Positions 62,239 through 64,000 of a stretch of DNA of 64,000 nt are shown here, piece by piece. The position numbers and the translations under genes are program-made. The stretch is from positions 216,450-280,449 of the forward strand of contig CAVTHI010000008.1 in NCBI GenBank assembly GCA_963734525.1. The letters are read 5' to 3'. This stretch comes from an uncultured archaeon (GTDB lineage Archaea; Micrarchaeota; Micrarchaeia; Anstonellales; Bilamarchaeaceae). Every line of letters starts with the position of its first letter. Within the stretch, counting starts at the first letter, position 1. The notes under the pieces were generated by a model that was given only the letters and a program-made list of their open reading frames with translations, was not told where the DNA came from and searched no databases.

Positions 62239-63396
62239 TCAGTTTCCCTCCGCGATTTTCGCCCTCGCCGCGGCGACGACCGGGTTCGCTTCCCAGCCGG
62301 TGCGGTCCATGCCCCGCTCGTCCAGCCGCCCGCCCAGGAACTCAAGCGCCTGCGCGGCATCGCGTTTGGACAGCAGCGTATCGAACGTCCCCGCGCCGAG
62401 CGCTTCATCCACGAGCCTCCGGACTTCGGTGAAATCCCCGCTCAGGTACGCGGTGCGGAGAATGCCGCCCCCTCCCTCGCCCAGAAGTTGCTCCATATAA
62501 TAGCAGGCAATCGTTTCGGCCGGATATCCAATGCGCGTGGGCTCGAACCCCCGCCCGCGGACCTCCTCCTGGGATATGAGCTCTGTCAGGCCTTCGTGCA
62601 TCGACCATGAGGGAATATTCCACTGGAAGCACGCGCGGCCATCGTCGTCCCTCCATCTGACGTCCCTTCCGCCTCCGAGCCAGGATGCATAATGCAGCAG
62701 TTCGTGGAGCAGGACATGGCGCGCATCGGCTTCGCCGAACGCGAGGACGTCGTCCGGAATCACAATCGCGTTCGTGCCGACGAGATAGCCCCCGAGCGAG
62801 CCTATCATCTGGAGCTCGAGGAAAATCTGGGCGGGCGTCATGTCCTCGGTTTCGCTGAACGCGCAGAGGGTCGGCGGGGTCGCGGACATGCGCGAGGCTA
62901 TCTCCGGGCCGACCAACTGCGGCAGCCAATTGGCGGATATGTCCGATGAATATGAGGCGTAATCCGCGCTGTCGAGGGACTGCAGGGAGGGCACGGCGGA
63001 GAAATCGCCTTCGCGGACGGCCTTCTCAGGGGCCTCGCTGCCGAGGGCGGCCTCGCTGAATTCCGCGTCCGTCCCCACACGCACCGCCTGCCGCGGGTTC
63101 CTTCGGAGCGCGTCGCCCATGCGCTCGGCTATTATCCGCCCCATCTCGGAATTTCTTTCCCTGGGGGGCCGGGCAGGCTGGGCAGGCTGGCCTTCTTCGC
63201 CGGATTTCGATGACAGCGAAAATTCGATTTCGCGCGAAAAGGCGCCAAGGCCCCGCATGGAGTCCGACGCCTGCTTCATGTAACGGTCGATGCGAGCCGC
63301 CTGCGAGGGCGCAGGCGGAACCGGAATCCCGCCCGGCGCTGATGCATCAGTCCGCACCTCGCCCTCCAGGCGTGCGTTCGCGCGCTTTTCAGCCAT
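62239..63396 (-). CDS. Putative zinc metallopeptidase (HExxH) with disordered N-terminal half
   Basis: ARHVLLHELLHYASW (HExxH on the minus strand around 62693-62707) followed by SMHEGLTEL, a possible third-ligand Glu. Confidence 0.6.
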   Translation of the reverse strand: MAEKRANARLEGEVRTDASAPGGIPVPPAPSQAARIDRYMKQASDSMRGLGAFSREIEFSLSSKSGEEGQPAQPARPPRERNSEMGRIIAERMGDALRRNPRQAVRVGTDAEFSEAALGSEAPEKAVREGDFSAVPSLQSLDSADYASYSSDISANWLPQLVGPEIASRMSATPPTLCAFSETEDMTPAQIFLELQMIGSLGGYLVGTNAIVIPDDVLAFGEADARHVLLHELLHYASWLGGGRDVRWRDDDGRACFQWNIPSWSMHEGLTELISQEEVRGRGFEPTRIGYPAETIACYYMEQLLGEGGGGILRTAYLSGDFTEVRRLVDEALGAGTFDTLLSKRDAAQALEFLGGRLDERGMDRTGWEANPVVAAARAKIAEGN

Positions 63397-63477
63397 TTAA
63401 AAAAACCAGGATCGATATGCCGCTTATGGAATAAAAAGGTGCGGGTAGGGGGATGGAATCCGGCCCCGGCAATGATT

Positions 63478-64000
63478 TTACGCGAACAGGGCGCGCAGCA
63501 GGAACATGGGGCCGACCAGCTTCTTGTGGTTGTCGGGATTGAGGATTGCGTCGCTGATGACGCCGCGGACCTCCTTGCTCCGCTTCGCCTTCCCTATTAC
63601 GAGGTTCATGAGGAACTTGCTATTTGCCATCTTCTGCATCCTGTGGTTCGTGCCGATTTCATTGCCGATGTTCTCCCAGAGCGCCTTAGGGTATTCGGAG
63701 AGCGCGGACTCGGAGAAGTCGTTCTTTTCGAACGCTTTCACTATCGCCATGGACGCGTACTTCCCGCTTGTGAGCGCGTTCCCGATGCCTTCCCCGGTGA
63801 ACGGGTCGATGAGCGATGCCGCGTCGCCGACGAGAACGTAGCCATTGCCGGCCAGCTTCATCCTGCGTGATGCAAGCGGAAGCAGCCAGCTCTTTATTTC
63901 AGTCGCGCGTTTTGCGTTCTGGAACCTTGGCTTGAAGACAGGGTGGTTCTCGATGATGTCCTTCATGATTGTCTGGAGGTTCGCCTTCCTCTTTTTCATG
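63478..64000 (-). CDS. Geranylgeranyl reductase-family FAD oxidoreductase, C-terminal part (5' end outside the window)
   Basis: …GYVLVGDAASLIDPFTGEGIGNALTSG… The first Met in the track is internal. Confidence 0.85.
   Translation of the reverse strand, partial: MKKRKANLQTIMKDIIENHPVFKPRFQNAKRATEIKSWLLPLASRRMKLAGNGYVLVGDAASLIDPFTGEGIGNALTSGKYASMAIVKAFEKNDFSESALSEYPKALWENIGNEIGTNHRMQKMANSKFLMNLVIGKAKRSKEVRGVISDAILNPDNHKKLVGPMFLLRALFA

Overview
High-GC archaeal chromosomal fragment. The archaeal assignment rests on archaeal-type ProRS, Rpo11/RpoL, Csl4, eS1, uS15, NAC, membrane LonB, SBDS, RtcA, an S26B-type signal peptidase and intron-containing tRNAs. About 40 kb is ordinary, tightly packed housekeeping DNA with many 1-4 nt gene overlaps.

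The centre (19047-42232, plus strand, ~23 kb) is one uninterrupted run of ORFs:
- a 118-codon leader gene;
- six giant ORF segments (388-2641 codons) that most likely form one ~6,800-codon gene broken by frameshifts;
- an HD-domain ORF that probably continues into a HicA-like C-terminus;
- a HicB-like gene.

The giant product is Ala/Arg/Glu/Pro-rich and modular. It contains LP-motif helical repeats, a glycine-zipper hydrophobic core and RAEA-type coiled coils. It also has two GGDEF-like palm modules, an ePK-like kinase fold and two paralogous PI3K/PI4K-like (DRHxxN) modules. Three different proline-rich repeat arrays are present, including 5x GPPPLP.

I read this as a previously undescribed multi-effector or polymorphic-toxin-like mega-protein locus that ends in a toxin/immunity-like pair. 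All domain calls are by-eye motif matches and need profile and structure searches.

Major caveat: conserved genes across the window carry frameshifts, often at homopolymer runs. ORF boundaries, including those inside the giant locus, may therefore be assembly artefacts.

Other notable items:
- D-arm introns in both tRNAs;
- an ORF-free, hairpin-rich 0.5 kb stretch next to the tRNAs;
- a PadR / palindrome / Cys-rich micro-ORF module;
- an rtcA leader that duplicates the first 12 codons of the gene with only synonymous changes.
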